The notes: a model not told the origin generated them from the letters alone. Shown: positions 49,905-59,511, numbered from the stretch's first letter. The stretch: 63,288 nt of DNA from Patescibacteria group bacterium (GCA_040757655.1 JBFLWV010000058.1:1-63288), one strand, 5' to 3'. Numbers and translations: made by a program.

Positions 49905-51359
49905 ATGATAGTTAAATGGAATAGTATGCGCATCACATTTTACGGCGGCGCGGGCGGGGTGACGGGATCAAAGCATTTGGTTGAAATCGGCGGCGCGCGC
50001 ATCCTGTTTGATTGCGGATTTTTTCAAGGGCACCGCGTAGAGGCGCGGGAGCAGAATGCACGTCTGCCGTTTGATCCTACCACGATTGACGCGGTGGTCT
50101 TGTCGCACGCGCATCTTGACCACTGCGGCATGTTGCCGCTTTTGGTGAAAGGAAGATTCAAGGGTAACATTTATGCGACTGCGGCTACGCGGGATGTGGC
50201 GGAATGGATAATGAAAGACGCGGTACACGTGCAGATGCAGGATATGGTGCATTTACAGCGGCAGCAGTCTCAAGGAACTTCCCTTGCCGAGCCGTTCTAT
50301 ACGTTTGATGATATTGAACAAACGCTTGCACGGTTTGTGGATGTGCCGTATGTGAGAAATACTGGAGAGTGGTTTAATATGCGTGTAGGGGCGAACGGCC
50401 GTTCGCCCGTACAAATGAAATTGTATGACGCCGGGCATATTCTCGGTTCTGCAGTTATAGTGCTCGAGGCTCGGGGTGAGAGCGGCAGGATAGAGCGCGT
50501 GGTGTTTACCGGCGATCTTGGGCGCTGCGGCGCACCGCTCATTCCTGATCCGGAATTTGTGCATGAATCGTCAGAGGTGCTTCTTTTAGAGAGCACCTAT
50601 GGCAATCGCGTGCATGCGGATTTTGCGCAGGCAAAGGAGCGATTAAAGGCAATTATCCACGCGACGTTGGAGAGGCGCGGAAAGCTTGTGGTGCCCGCAT
50701 TCGCGCTCGGCCGCACGCAGGAGCTGCTCTACCTCCTGCACCGATTGACCGATGATAAAGAAATTCCCCGTATTCTCATTTTTGTCGACAGCCCGCTTGC
50801 CGACCGCGTGACAGAAGTGTATAAAAATCATATTGACGATTTTGACATCGAGACCTGGAAAGAATTCGGGAGACGTGGCGATGAGCCACTCGTATTCCGC
50901 AATCTTACCCTGATTCAATCCGTAGAAGAGTCAAAGCGACTGAATATGATGGAGGGGCCATTTATCGTAATTGCCGGATCTGGCATGTGCGAGCATGGGA
51001 GGATCCAGCACCACCTTGCCCGCGCCATCAACGATCCGCGCAACACCATACTCATTACCGGCTTCCAGGCAATAGACACGCTGGGAAGGAGGCTGGTGGA
51101 GGGCGAGAAGAGGGTTAGAATTTATGATGAATTTTTTGAGGTGCGCGCGCGGGTTGAGAAGCTGAATGAATTGTCAGCACATGCCGACCGCAATGAGCTG
51201 CTCGAGTATGCGGAACACGTGAATGGCGTGAAGAATATTTTTTTGGTTCATGGTGAGAAACCTCAAGTGATTGGTCTGCAAACCTTATTTCATGAACATC
51301 ATCCTGACTGGCGGGTGGATATTCCGGAGAGAGGGCAATTGTTTAACGTTGAGAAATAA
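49905..51359 (+). CDS. MBL-fold beta-CASP RNA-metabolising hydrolase (CPSF/RNase J-like)
   Basis: HAHLDHCG, LYDAGHILGSA, LLESTYGNR, GRTQELL, SAHADRNELL. An alternative ATG lies at 49926. Confidence 0.8.
   Translation: MIVKWNSMRITFYGGAGGVTGSKHLVEIGGARILFDCGFFQGHRVEAREQNARLPFDPTTIDAVVLSHAHLDHCGMLPLLVKGRFKGNIYATAATRDVAEWIMKDAVHVQMQDMVHLQRQQSQGTSLAEPFYTFDDIEQTLARFVDVPYVRNTGEWFNMRVGANGRSPVQMKLYDAGHILGSAVIVLEARGESGRIERVVFTGDLGRCGAPLIPDPEFVHESSEVLLLESTYGNRVHADFAQAKERLKAIIHATLERRGKLVVPAFALGRTQELLYLLHRLTDDKEIPRILIFVDSPLADRVTEVYKNHIDDFDIETWKEFGRRGDEPLVFRNLTLIQSVEESKRLNMMEGPFIVIAGSGMCEHGRIQHHLARAINDPRNTILITGFQAIDTLGRRLVEGEKRVRIYDEFFEVRARVEKLNELSAHADRNELLEYAEHVNGVKNIFLVHGEKPQVIGLQTLFHEHHPDWRVDIPERGQLFNVEK
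50385..50412. repeat. perfect 20-bp palindrome GGGCGAACGGCCGTTCGCCC (GTA-flanked) inside the beta-CASP hydrolase CDS
   Basis: GTAGGGGCGAACGGCCGTTCGCCCGTAC, palindrome core 50389-50408. Translated VGANGRSPV. Confidence 0.95.
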
Positions 51360-51443
51360 AAGATATGGATCTGATAGTACAAGGTATATATGAAGGAAGA
51401 TGACGATATTGAAAAAAAGACTTATTTCTATTAGAATAGGGGC

Positions 51444-51740
51444 ATGAGTAAAGAATTAGAGAAAAGTCTAGAGGTGCTGCGGCAGCAGAAGCCGTATTTA
51501 CAGAAAGCCTACCACGTGAAGGAGTTGGGCGTGTTTGGTTCGTTTGCGCGCGGGGATTTCACCGATACGAGTGATATGGATGTACTGGTTGATTTTTGTA
51601 AAAGTCCTAGCCTATTGAAATATATCCATTTAGAGAACTATTTAACAGAACAGCTGGGGCGCAAGGTAGACCTTGTTCATAAGCCAGGTCTCAAGCGGGC
51701 AATCAAAGACGACGTTTTAAGTGAAGTCGTGTATGTCTGA
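51444..51740 (+). CDS. minimal nucleotidyltransferase (MNT-type, antitoxin-like)
   Basis: LGVFGSFARGDFTDTSDMDVLVDF is the GSxxRG...DxD NTase motif. Confidence 0.8.
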   Translation: MSKELEKSLEVLRQQKPYLQKAYHVKELGVFGSFARGDFTDTSDMDVLVDFCKSPSLLKYIHLENYLTEQLGRKVDLVHKPGLKRAIKDDVLSEVVYV

Positions 51741-51758
51741 GCGAAAGTCAGCATTGTT

Positions 51759-53156
51759 ATGATTACGGATGCATCGTTAATGGATAAAATCGTGTCCCTG
51801 GCAAAGCGCCGGGGGTTTGTGTTCCCCGGCAGCGAAATCTACGGAGGCCTTGCCAACTCGTGGGATTACGGGCCGTTGGGGGTTGAACTAAAGAATAACA
51901 TCAAGCAACTATGGTGGAAGCGGTTTGTGCAGAGCATGGACGATATGGTGGGGATTGACACGGCACTCATCATGAATCCAAGGGTGTGGGAAGCCAGCGG
52001 CCATTTGAAGAATTTTAACGATCCCTTGGTAGAGTGCAAGAAATGCCATAGCCGCGCGCGCGCGGATAAGTCTGATGGTACGTGCGTGAATTGTGGAGGT
52101 AAAGATTTTACCCCCGCGAGGCAATTTAATCTCATGTTCAAAACATTCGTGGGCCCTGCAGAGGAGCAGGCGAACGTCGCATACTTCCGTCCCGAGACCG
52201 CTCAAGGGATGTTTGTGAATTTTAAAAACGTATTGGACACCACGCGACGGAGGCTGCCATTCGGTATAGCCCAGATCGGGAAAGCGTTCCGCAATGAAAT
52301 CACGCCTGGGAATTTCATATTCCGCACACGCGAGTTTGAGCAGATGGAAATTGAATACTTTATTTCACCGGATGACGATTGGAAGATTCACTTTGAAAGG
52401 TGGAGTAAGGAAATGAAAGAATGGATGAAAGATATTGGGCTGGATCTTCGTCATGTCCATGGGGCAGAGATTCCCGAAGAGGAACGCGCGCATTACTCAA
52501 AGCGCACGATTGATTTTGAGTATGATTTCCCCTTCGGGAGAAGCGAATTGTATGGCTTGGCATACCGCACTGATGTTGACCTCAAGAACCATCAGGAGAA
52601 TTCAGGGCAGACACTGGAGTACACCGATCCCGAAAGCGGCAAGAAGTTTACGCCGCACGTGATCGAGCCAACGTGGGGAGTGGATCGGTCGGTACTTGCC
52701 GTATTATGTGAGGGTTATCGGGAAGAACCCGCCTCCGCTCAAGCTTCGGGCGAGGCAAGGGGAGAGGGAAAAGATAAAAGAGTATACTTAAAGTTGCCCG
52801 TAACGCTTGCGCCTTTCAAGGTTGCGGTATTTCCTCTGCTTGCGAACAAGCCAAAACTTATGGAGCTCGCGCGTTCAATTTATGACACTTTGCGGCCTCA
52901 TGTTATGACCGCATGGGACGACCGCGGCAACATCGGCAAACGTTATTATTCCCAAGACGAAATCGGCACGCCATTTTGCATCACGGTTGATTTTGAATCG
53001 CTCACGAAAGGGGATGTGACGGTGCGGGACAGGGATACCATGAAACAGGAGAGGATTTCCATACATGAAGTACAGGAGTATATCAGCAATAAACTGGAGT
53101 TTAATTATCAAGGTACAAGTTACAAGAAACAAGATACAAACGTGTTTGGGATTTGA
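51759..53156 (+). CDS. glyQS: glycyl-tRNA synthetase (dimeric class II type)
   Basis: RRGFVFPGSEIYGGLANSWDYGPLG, FRNEITPGNFIFRTREFEQMEIEYF, GVDRSVLA. Confidence 0.9.
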   Translation: MITDASLMDKIVSLAKRRGFVFPGSEIYGGLANSWDYGPLGVELKNNIKQLWWKRFVQSMDDMVGIDTALIMNPRVWEASGHLKNFNDPLVECKKCHSRARADKSDGTCVNCGGKDFTPARQFNLMFKTFVGPAEEQANVAYFRPETAQGMFVNFKNVLDTTRRRLPFGIAQIGKAFRNEITPGNFIFRTREFEQMEIEYFISPDDDWKIHFERWSKEMKEWMKDIGLDLRHVHGAEIPEEERAHYSKRTIDFEYDFPFGRSELYGLAYRTDVDLKNHQENSGQTLEYTDPESGKKFTPHVIEPTWGVDRSVLAVLCEGYREEPASAQASGEARGEGKDKRVYLKLPVTLAPFKVAVFPLLANKPKLMELARSIYDTLRPHVMTAWDDRGNIGKRYYSQDEIGTPFCITVDFESLTKGDVTVRDRDTMKQERISIHEVQEYISNKLEFNYQGTSYKKQDTNVFGI

Positions 53157-53249
53157 GTATTGGTGATTGGGAATTGTTTGTAACTTGTTACTTGGTGATT
53201 GGTGTTTCTCAATAGTGTTTCTCGTATCCTTGCTTTTTTCTTTTCCCCT

Positions 53250-54512
53250 ATGGTTCATAAATCACTTCTTCCCAACGGCACGACCGTGCTTTTCTGCCCC
53301 TTAAGGGAAACCGAGGCGGTGACGGTGTTGGTGTTGGTGAAAGTCGGGTCGCGGTATGAAACCAAGGAGGTGGTGGGCGTTTCGCATTTTATTGAGCATA
53401 TGATGTTTAAGGGAACCCGTCGGCGCCCTTCCAGCCTTGCGCTCACCAAGGAGCTTGATAGCGTGGGTGCAGAATTTAACGCCTACACCTCGAAAGACCA
53501 TACCGGCTATTACGTGAAAGCGGTCAAGGAGCAACTGCCGCTCGCGCTTGATATCCTCTCCGACATGCTCCACCATTCTTTGTTTAAGGGTGACGAACTG
53601 GACCGCGAACGCGGCGTGATTATCGAGGAAATCAAGATGTACGAGGACAATCCTTTGATGAGTCTTGGGGATGTGTTTGAGGGGAGCATGTACGGCGATC
53701 ATCCTTTGGGGTGGCATATTGCCGGCACGATTCCTATGATGAAGTCATTATCGAGGGAAGAGGTTATGAGGTACTTACATGCGCAGTATCATCCTGACCG
53801 CACACTGGTGGTCGTCGCGGGGAATTATGCGCCCTCTGTCAGGCGTTTGGTGAGGAAGTATTTTGGCAGAAGAGGTGAGTGCGGTGCGGTGCATGAGTAC
53901 AGACAGGCGCCTGAAAAAATCAGGGAGGGCGTGTTCATAAAGGAAAAAGACACCAAACAAGTGCACCTTGGATTCGGCACACGTGGATACCCTTTGGGTC
54001 ACCCTGATGCGGAGGCAGCCACCCTTCTTTCCATCATCATGGGCGGTACGATGTCATCACGTTTGTTTATTTCGGTGCGCGAACGGAAAGGATTGTGTTA
54101 CTACATCCGCGCGGGATTGAATGCATACGAGGATACGGGCAATTTCGGCATATTTGCCGGCGTGGATTTGAAGCGCGTGGAGCTGGCATTGAAGACAATA
54201 ATCAGTGAATTGCAGAGCGCACGGCGCAAGGGGTTCACAAGAGAGGAATTACGGCGGGCGAAGGAATATATCCGTGGGAAGGTCACGCTCGATCTCGAGG
54301 ATTCAGAATCCATAGCGGAGTGGTATGGGAAACAGTACTTCTTTCTCAAAGAGCTACAGACCCCCCATGAGAAGCTGGAGCGCTATTTGAAGGTCACGAT
54401 GGATGATATCAAACGTGTGGCAAAGCAGTTGCTTGACCACCGCCGCTATACCTTGGCGCTTATTGGGCCGTTGAAGGATGCGAAACCTTTTACGAAAATC
54501 ATAAAGGCGTAG
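53250..54512 (+). CDS. M16-family zinc peptidase (insulinase-like)
   Basis: HFIEHMMFKGT (HxxEH) and EREVIIEE-like RERGVIIEEI. ATG at 53250 chosen. Confidence 0.85.
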   Translation: MVHKSLLPNGTTVLFCPLRETEAVTVLVLVKVGSRYETKEVVGVSHFIEHMMFKGTRRRPSSLALTKELDSVGAEFNAYTSKDHTGYYVKAVKEQLPLALDILSDMLHHSLFKGDELDRERGVIIEEIKMYEDNPLMSLGDVFEGSMYGDHPLGWHIAGTIPMMKSLSREEVMRYLHAQYHPDRTLVVVAGNYAPSVRRLVRKYFGRRGECGAVHEYRQAPEKIREGVFIKEKDTKQVHLGFGTRGYPLGHPDAEAATLLSIIMGGTMSSRLFISVRERKGLCYYIRAGLNAYEDTGNFGIFAGVDLKRVELALKTIISELQSARRKGFTREELRRAKEYIRGKVTLDLEDSESIAEWYGKQYFFLKELQTPHEKLERYLKVTMDDIKRVAKQLLDHRRYTLALIGPLKDAKPFTKIIKA

Positions 54513-54548
54513 CTTCTATTACGTATCGAAGTATGGTATATTAGTGAT

Positions 54549-55583
54549 ATGGTTATCCCGGTAAACACTCTCTCAGACATCTCCTATCGTTCTATATTCC
54601 GCGTCCTCGGAGTCCTTGCGGTGATGGGGTTTCTTTATGTAGTGCGCGATATTATCGCCCTTCTTTTTGTTGCGCTGGTATTCTCAGCCGCTATCGATCC
54701 ATTCGTTGATTCTTTCGCAAAGCGGCAGATACCACGCGCGCTCGGCATCCTTATCGTCTATGTGCTCGTACTTGGCATCTTTGGTATTACGCTTACGCTC
54801 CTCATCCCCCCTTTGGTCACTGAAGTGCGGCAACTTGCGGAGAGTTTCCCCTACTATTACGACAAGCTCTCCATGGGCGTCAACTACCTTCGGGATGCGT
54901 CCGGCGGCGTAGCCAGCAGCGAGAATGTACAACAGATAGTGGGTTCGTTTGAAAAGGCGCTTACTACTGTCACCGCGGGGGTCTTCACCACCATCTCCTC
55001 CATTTTTGGTGGGGTGGTGTCCTTCTTCATCATCCTCGTCCTTACGTTCTATATGGTGGTGGATGAAGATGGTATTAAGAGATTTTTACAGGTCGTCACG
55101 CCCGAGAACGCCCATCAGGGGGTGATAGCACTCACCATAAAAATTCAGGACAAGATTGGGTTGTGGCTCCGTGGACAGCTTATACTCATGCTGATTATTG
55201 CATTACTCACCTTTATCGGGCTTACCCTCATCGGTGTGCCCTACGCCTTAGTGCTCGCGCTTGTCGCAGGCGTCACGGAGATTATTCCTTACGCGGGGCC
55301 CGTGATCGGCGCCATACCCGCCATCTTCATTGCGTTTACTGTCTCACCCTCTATGGGTCTCTGGACAGTATTCTGGTATATCCTTGTGCAGCAAGCAGAG
55401 AATCACCTGATCGTACCCAAGGTGATGCAGAAGACCACGGGTTTAAATCCCATCATCGTGATTTTGGCAGTACTCATCGGCGCCAGACTTTCAGGTATCT
55501 TAGGCGCACTCCTTGCGGTACCGATTGCATCTGCGATTGAAGTGATTATTCATGAGCACTTCGATCACAAAACGACCGTATAA
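54549..55583 (+). CDS. AI-2E family transporter (PerM/UPF0118)
   Basis: ~8 TM with a conserved C-terminal region (VTEIIPYAGPVIGAIPA...ENHLIVPKVM). Confidence 0.8.
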   Translation: MVIPVNTLSDISYRSIFRVLGVLAVMGFLYVVRDIIALLFVALVFSAAIDPFVDSFAKRQIPRALGILIVYVLVLGIFGITLTLLIPPLVTEVRQLAESFPYYYDKLSMGVNYLRDASGGVASSENVQQIVGSFEKALTTVTAGVFTTISSIFGGVVSFFIILVLTFYMVVDEDGIKRFLQVVTPENAHQGVIALTIKIQDKIGLWLRGQLILMLIIALLTFIGLTLIGVPYALVLALVAGVTEIIPYAGPVIGAIPAIFIAFTVSPSMGLWTVFWYILVQQAENHLIVPKVMQKTTGLNPIIVILAVLIGARLSGILGALLAVPIASAIEVIIHEHFDHKTTV

Positions 55584-55682
55584 CTCATATCTCAAATGTC
55601 AAAACTCAAAACCATAACTCAAATCGTAAAGCTATCGGGTTTTAAGATCTGGCTTTGGGATTTGCGTTTTGAGTTTTGAGAT
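55584..55682. repeat. CTCAAAA/CCCGATAGC-family element, copy 4 (inverted)
   Basis: ...TCAAAACTCAAAACCATAACTCAAATCGTAAAGCTATCGGGTTTTAAGATC...GCGTTTTGAGTTTTGAGAT. Confidence 0.8.
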
Positions 55683-56441
55683 ATGGCCACTCTTTATATA
55701 GTTGCAACCCCGATAGGAAATTTAAGCGATATTACCATTCGCGCCCTAGAAATCTTACGGCGCGTTTCTGTTGTGTATGGCGAAGATACGCGCGTGACGA
55801 GAAAGCTCTTTGAGCGGCACGGGATTACGACGCTTTTAAGGAGTTATCATCAGCATTCGTCGAGTCAAAAGGTTAAAGAAGTGATTGAGTCTCTACAACA
55901 TGGCGATGTGGCGCTCGTGACTGATGCAGGGACACCGGGAGTCGCGGATCCGGGAAATGAATTGGTCGCCCAATTAGTATGGGCGAACGGCCGTTCGCCC
56001 GTACTTTCAGAGATCAAAATCGTACCTATCCCCGGGCCTTCAGCAGTGATGGCAGCGGCAAGCGTGTGTGGGTTCAATATGAGCGCGTTTACGTTCTTAG
56101 GATATGTGCCAAAGAAGAAAGGACGGCAGAAATTTTTTAGGGCGATTGCCGAAAGCGATATTCCTGTGACACTCTATGAAACGCCGCACAGAATCATACG
56201 AACTTTGGAAGAATTACACGGAACAATCGTTGAGTGGGTTAACTCTACCCAACCTCCTCTTAAGGTAAGAGGAGGAGAAGGAGGAGTTATGAAATATGAG
56301 AGACGGAGACTGGTCGTCTGCCGCGAGCTCACGAAGATTTACGAATCCATCTACCGCGGCACGATTGAGGAAGTCCTTGCGCAGGTTCGTAGAGATCCCA
56401 TGAGGGGAGAATATGTAGTGATAATTGATGGGAATACATGA
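55683..56441 (+). CDS. rsmI: 16S rRNA (cytidine1402-2'-O)-methyltransferase
   Basis: LYIVATPIGNLSDITIRALEIL...GEDTRVTRKL...VTDAGTPGVADPG. Confidence 0.85.
   Translation: MATLYIVATPIGNLSDITIRALEILRRVSVVYGEDTRVTRKLFERHGITTLLRSYHQHSSSQKVKEVIESLQHGDVALVTDAGTPGVADPGNELVAQLVWANGRSPVLSEIKIVPIPGPSAVMAAASVCGFNMSAFTFLGYVPKKKGRQKFFRAIAESDIPVTLYETPHRIIRTLEELHGTIVEWVNSTQPPLKVRGGEGGVMKYERRRLVVCRELTKIYESIYRGTIEEVLAQVRRDPMRGEYVVIIDGNT
55977..56004. repeat. same 20-bp palindrome inside rsmI CDS
   Basis: GTATGGGCGAACGGCCGTTCGCCCGTAC, core 55981-56000. Translated VWANGRSPV. Confidence 0.95.
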
Positions 56442-57883
56442 GCAAGTTCTACATCACCACCACGCTTCCCTATGTGAATGCTGATCCGCATATCGGGTTT
56501 GCGCTGGAAATCGTGCAGGCCGACGTGATTGCGCGGTGGCACCGAAGGGTGGGGGATGAGGTTTTTTTCAATACCGGCACTGACGAGCATGGCTTGAAGA
56601 TTTACCGCGGCGCGCAAGGAGAGGGAATGGATCCGAAAGCATACGCGGATCTCCATGCAGCGAAGTTTGAGGCACTGAAAACCGCACTCAACCTAAGCTA
56701 TAATAATTTCATACGGACCACTGATCCGCATCATGTGGCGGCTGCGCAGGAATTTTGGCGGCGCTGTGCGGAGAAGGGCGACATTTACAAGAAAAATTAC
56801 CGCATTAAATACTGCGTCGGCTGCGAGCTCGAGAAGACGGAATCGGAGCTTGAGGATGGCCGCTGCCCCCTCCATCCCCATCTTGCGCTGGAACAGGTGG
56901 ATGAGGAGAATTATTTTTTCAGGTATTCGCGTTACCAAGATGCTCTATTGGAATTATATAAGAATAATCCGCAGTTTGTCGTGCCGAAGAACAGAATGCT
57001 CGAGATCGTCAAATTTACCGAGCGGGGGCTGCAGGATTTCAGCATATCGCGGCTTAAATCAAAAATGCCATGGGGCGTGCCTGTGCCGGGCGATGATGCG
57101 CAGGTGATGTATGTGTGGTTTGACGCGCTGGTCAATTATATTTCAGCCCTCGGCTGGCCGGACGACCTCCAGAAGTTCAATGCATTCTGGCCGGGCGTGC
57201 AGGTGGCGGGCAAGGACAACCTGCGCCAGCAGTCGTCCATGTGGCAGGCGATGCTCCTCTCTGCCGGGCTCCCGCCATCCACCCAGATATTGATACACGG
57301 GTTTATCACTTCACGAGGACAAAAAATGTCGAAATCGCTCGGCAATGTGGTGAGCCCGTTTGAGTATGTGGAAAAGTTTGGCGCGGACGCGCTTCGGTAT
57401 TACCTTCTTCGGGAAATTCCCACGCTCGATGACGGCGATTTTACGCATGAGCAGTTCCTCGCGCGCTATAATGCAGACCTTGCCAATGGCCTCGGGAATC
57501 TTGTCCAGCGCGTGAGTACTATGATCGCGAAATATTCAATCAATGTAGGGGCGAACGGCCGTTCGCCCGTACAGAGTGTGTTGAGAAAAGAGATTGATAA
57601 TTGTATTCAGCGATATCAGCTCGATCAAGCATTGGCGGTGATTTGGGAAAAAATCGCTGCCTGCGACAAACGTATTGATAACGAAAAACCGTGGGCATTA
57701 GCAAAGGACACTTCCCAGCATGAAAAGTTAGAAGCTTTGTTGTCTAGCTTGGTTGCCGACCTTCGGGAAATAGGCGTTGCGCTTTTGCCCTTCCTTCCCT
57801 GCACTGCGGAGAGTATACTGAAGGTGGTGGGTGCGGAAAAGATTGTGCCACCCGCAAAGCCGCTGTTTCCGAGAGAAACATAA
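56438..57883 (+). CDS. metG: methionyl-tRNA synthetase (short form)
   Basis: YITTTLPYVNADPHIGF (HIGH-type), zinc knuckle CVGCE...CPLH, KMSKSLGN. Confidence 0.9.
   Translation: MSKFYITTTLPYVNADPHIGFALEIVQADVIARWHRRVGDEVFFNTGTDEHGLKIYRGAQGEGMDPKAYADLHAAKFEALKTALNLSYNNFIRTTDPHHVAAAQEFWRRCAEKGDIYKKNYRIKYCVGCELEKTESELEDGRCPLHPHLALEQVDEENYFFRYSRYQDALLELYKNNPQFVVPKNRMLEIVKFTERGLQDFSISRLKSKMPWGVPVPGDDAQVMYVWFDALVNYISALGWPDDLQKFNAFWPGVQVAGKDNLRQQSSMWQAMLLSAGLPPSTQILIHGFITSRGQKMSKSLGNVVSPFEYVEKFGADALRYYLLREIPTLDDGDFTHEQFLARYNADLANGLGNLVQRVSTMIAKYSINVGANGRSPVQSVLRKEIDNCIQRYQLDQALAVIWEKIAACDKRIDNEKPWALAKDTSQHEKLEALLSSLVADLREIGVALLPFLPCTAESILKVVGAEKIVPPAKPLFPRET
57545..57572. repeat. same 20-bp palindrome inside metG CDS
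   Basis: GTAGGGGCGAACGGCCGTTCGCCCGTAC, core 57549-57568. Translated VGANGRSPV. Confidence 0.95.
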
Positions 57884-57997
57884 TCCAAAATCCAAAATCC
57901 AAAATCCAAAATGAAGGTGTCCCGACGCGGTCGGGACGATTCCCCAACATTTTGGATTATGATCTATCATTTTGATTTTTGGTGTTTGGATTTTACA
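57884..57997. repeat. composite element: (CCAAAAT)4 - ATGAAGG - GTCCCGAC hairpin - (ATTTTGG)n, copy 2
   Basis: TCCAAAATCCAAAATCCAAAATCCAAAATGAAGGT-GTCCCGACgcgGTCGGGAC-...CATTTTGGATT...TTTTGATTTTTGGTGTTTGGATTTT. Confidence 0.8.
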
Positions 57998-58005
57998 TTA
58001 ACCTT

Positions 58006-58542
58006 ATGACTCTCCTCGACCTCATCCTCGTCCTCATCATCTTCTTCTTCACTTCCACCGGTTTCTGGTGCGGGCTGATCCATGCGTTGGGCGCCCTGGT
58101 CGGCACCATCGCGGGCGTGCTTGTCGCGGGACATTATTTCGAGACTTTTTCAGTAAAGCTTTTAGGGCTTGCGATGGGCAATAGCGGTGTTGCTAAAGTG
58201 GTTGCCTTTATCCTTATTTTCCTCGTGGTGTCGCGGCTGGTGGGGTTTGTGTTTTGGATTATCAATAAGATGTTCAATGTCATTGCGAAAATCCCAGTGC
58301 TTAAGAGCTTCAACCATATCGGCGGCGGCATCTTGGGATTTGCCGAAGGAGTGGTGGTAACCGGCATTGCCTTGGTGATGGCCGGGAAATACATCACCAC
58401 CGGGTGGTTTGTGGATGCGGTTGCTGCGTCGCAAGTCGCGCAGTGGCTCTTAAAGTACGGCCAGATACTCGTGCCGCTTCTCCCCACGTCCGTGAAAGAC
58501 ATACGGAGCATCTGGGAGCAGAGAGCACTATACGGGTTGTAA
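58006..58542 (+). CDS. cvpA: CvpA-family membrane protein
   Basis: 4 TM. The N-terminal LDLILVLIIFFFTSTGFWCGLI layout is typical of CvpA. ATG at 58006 chosen. Confidence 0.6.
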   Translation: MTLLDLILVLIIFFFTSTGFWCGLIHALGALVGTIAGVLVAGHYFETFSVKLLGLAMGNSGVAKVVAFILIFLVVSRLVGFVFWIINKMFNVIAKIPVLKSFNHIGGGILGFAEGVVVTGIALVMAGKYITTGWFVDAVAASQVAQWLLKYGQILVPLLPTSVKDIRSIWEQRALYGL

Positions 58543-58641
58543 TCATTCTGCGTTGCTCTGCGTAACTATCGGCGTTCTTCTGCCACTAAAAGGTTGTAGA
58601 AGCGGATCAACGCAGATGGTAACGCGGATTAACGCTGAAGG

Positions 58642-59511
58642 ATGAATCCTTTATTAATAGACATCCACTCCCACGTCAATTTCGCCGCCTTCAAAGAGGA
58701 CGGCGATGCTGTTATTGCGCGCGCGTTAGAAAAAGGAATCTTGGTCATGAATGTGGGATCGCAGATTAACACTTCTCATCGAGCTGTGGAGATTGCGGTG
58801 AAATACCAAGAAGGGGTGTATGCGATCGTGGGACTGCATCCGATTCATCTGGAAGAAATGGAAGTGGATGAGGAAGAACATCACTTTACCACGCGGGCGG
58901 AGGAGTTTAATTATAAAACGTATCTCGAACTCGCGCGGCATCCAAAGGTAGTCGCGATTGGCGAATGCGGACTTGATTATTACCGCATAGACGCGGATCA
59001 ACGCGGATTATCACGCGGATCAACGCAGAACGTTGTTGAACGGCAAAGGGAAACTTTGATCCAACACATCGCATTGGCGAATGAATTAAGAAAGCCGCTC
59101 ATGATTCACCTCCGCGCGGGAAAAGATGACCCGGACGGGGCATATATGGATTTAGCAGAGATTATTCGTGTCCACCCTTTGGACGCGGGTGGCGATGTGC
59201 ACTGTTTCAGCGGGTCTAAAGCAGCTGCTCGTGCGCTTCTTGATCTCGGGCTTTACCTTTCATTCACCGGCATTATCACATTTAAAAACGCGCATGACGC
59301 GCGTGAATTGGTGCGGTATGTACCGCTTGAGCATTTAATGGTGGAAACCGATGCGCCCTACCTTGCGCCTGACCCTTTCAGGGGGAAAAGGAATGAGCCG
59401 CAGTTTGTAGAGTTCGTGGCGCGGAAGGTGGCGGAGGTGAAGGGTTTAAGCTTTGAGCAGGTCGCAGAAGCGACGACGGGTAATGCAATGAGACTTTTTC
59501 AGTTAAAATAG
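58642..59511 (+). CDS. tatD: TatD-family metal-dependent hydrolase
   Basis: IDIHSHVNF, AIGECGLDY, IHLR..., HCFSG, ETDAPYL. Confidence 0.85.
   Translation: MNPLLIDIHSHVNFAAFKEDGDAVIARALEKGILVMNVGSQINTSHRAVEIAVKYQEGVYAIVGLHPIHLEEMEVDEEEHHFTTRAEEFNYKTYLELARHPKVVAIGECGLDYYRIDADQRGLSRGSTQNVVERQRETLIQHIALANELRKPLMIHLRAGKDDPDGAYMDLAEIIRVHPLDAGGDVHCFSGSKAAARALLDLGLYLSFTGIITFKNAHDARELVRYVPLEHLMVETDAPYLAPDPFRGKRNEPQFVEFVARKVAEVKGLSFEQVAEATTGNAMRLFQLK
58990..59032 (+). repeat. in-frame CGCGGAT(C/T)AA-type repeat in tatD
   Basis: GACGCGGATCAACGCGGATTATCACGCGGATCAACGCAGAACG encodes DADQRGLSRGSTQN. Confidence 0.9.

Noticed and set aside
49968-50918. Several minus-strand ORFs (91-103 aa) inside the beta-CASP hydrolase gene
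   Set aside because: These are shadow ORFs antisense to a gene with clear MBL/beta-CASP motifs.
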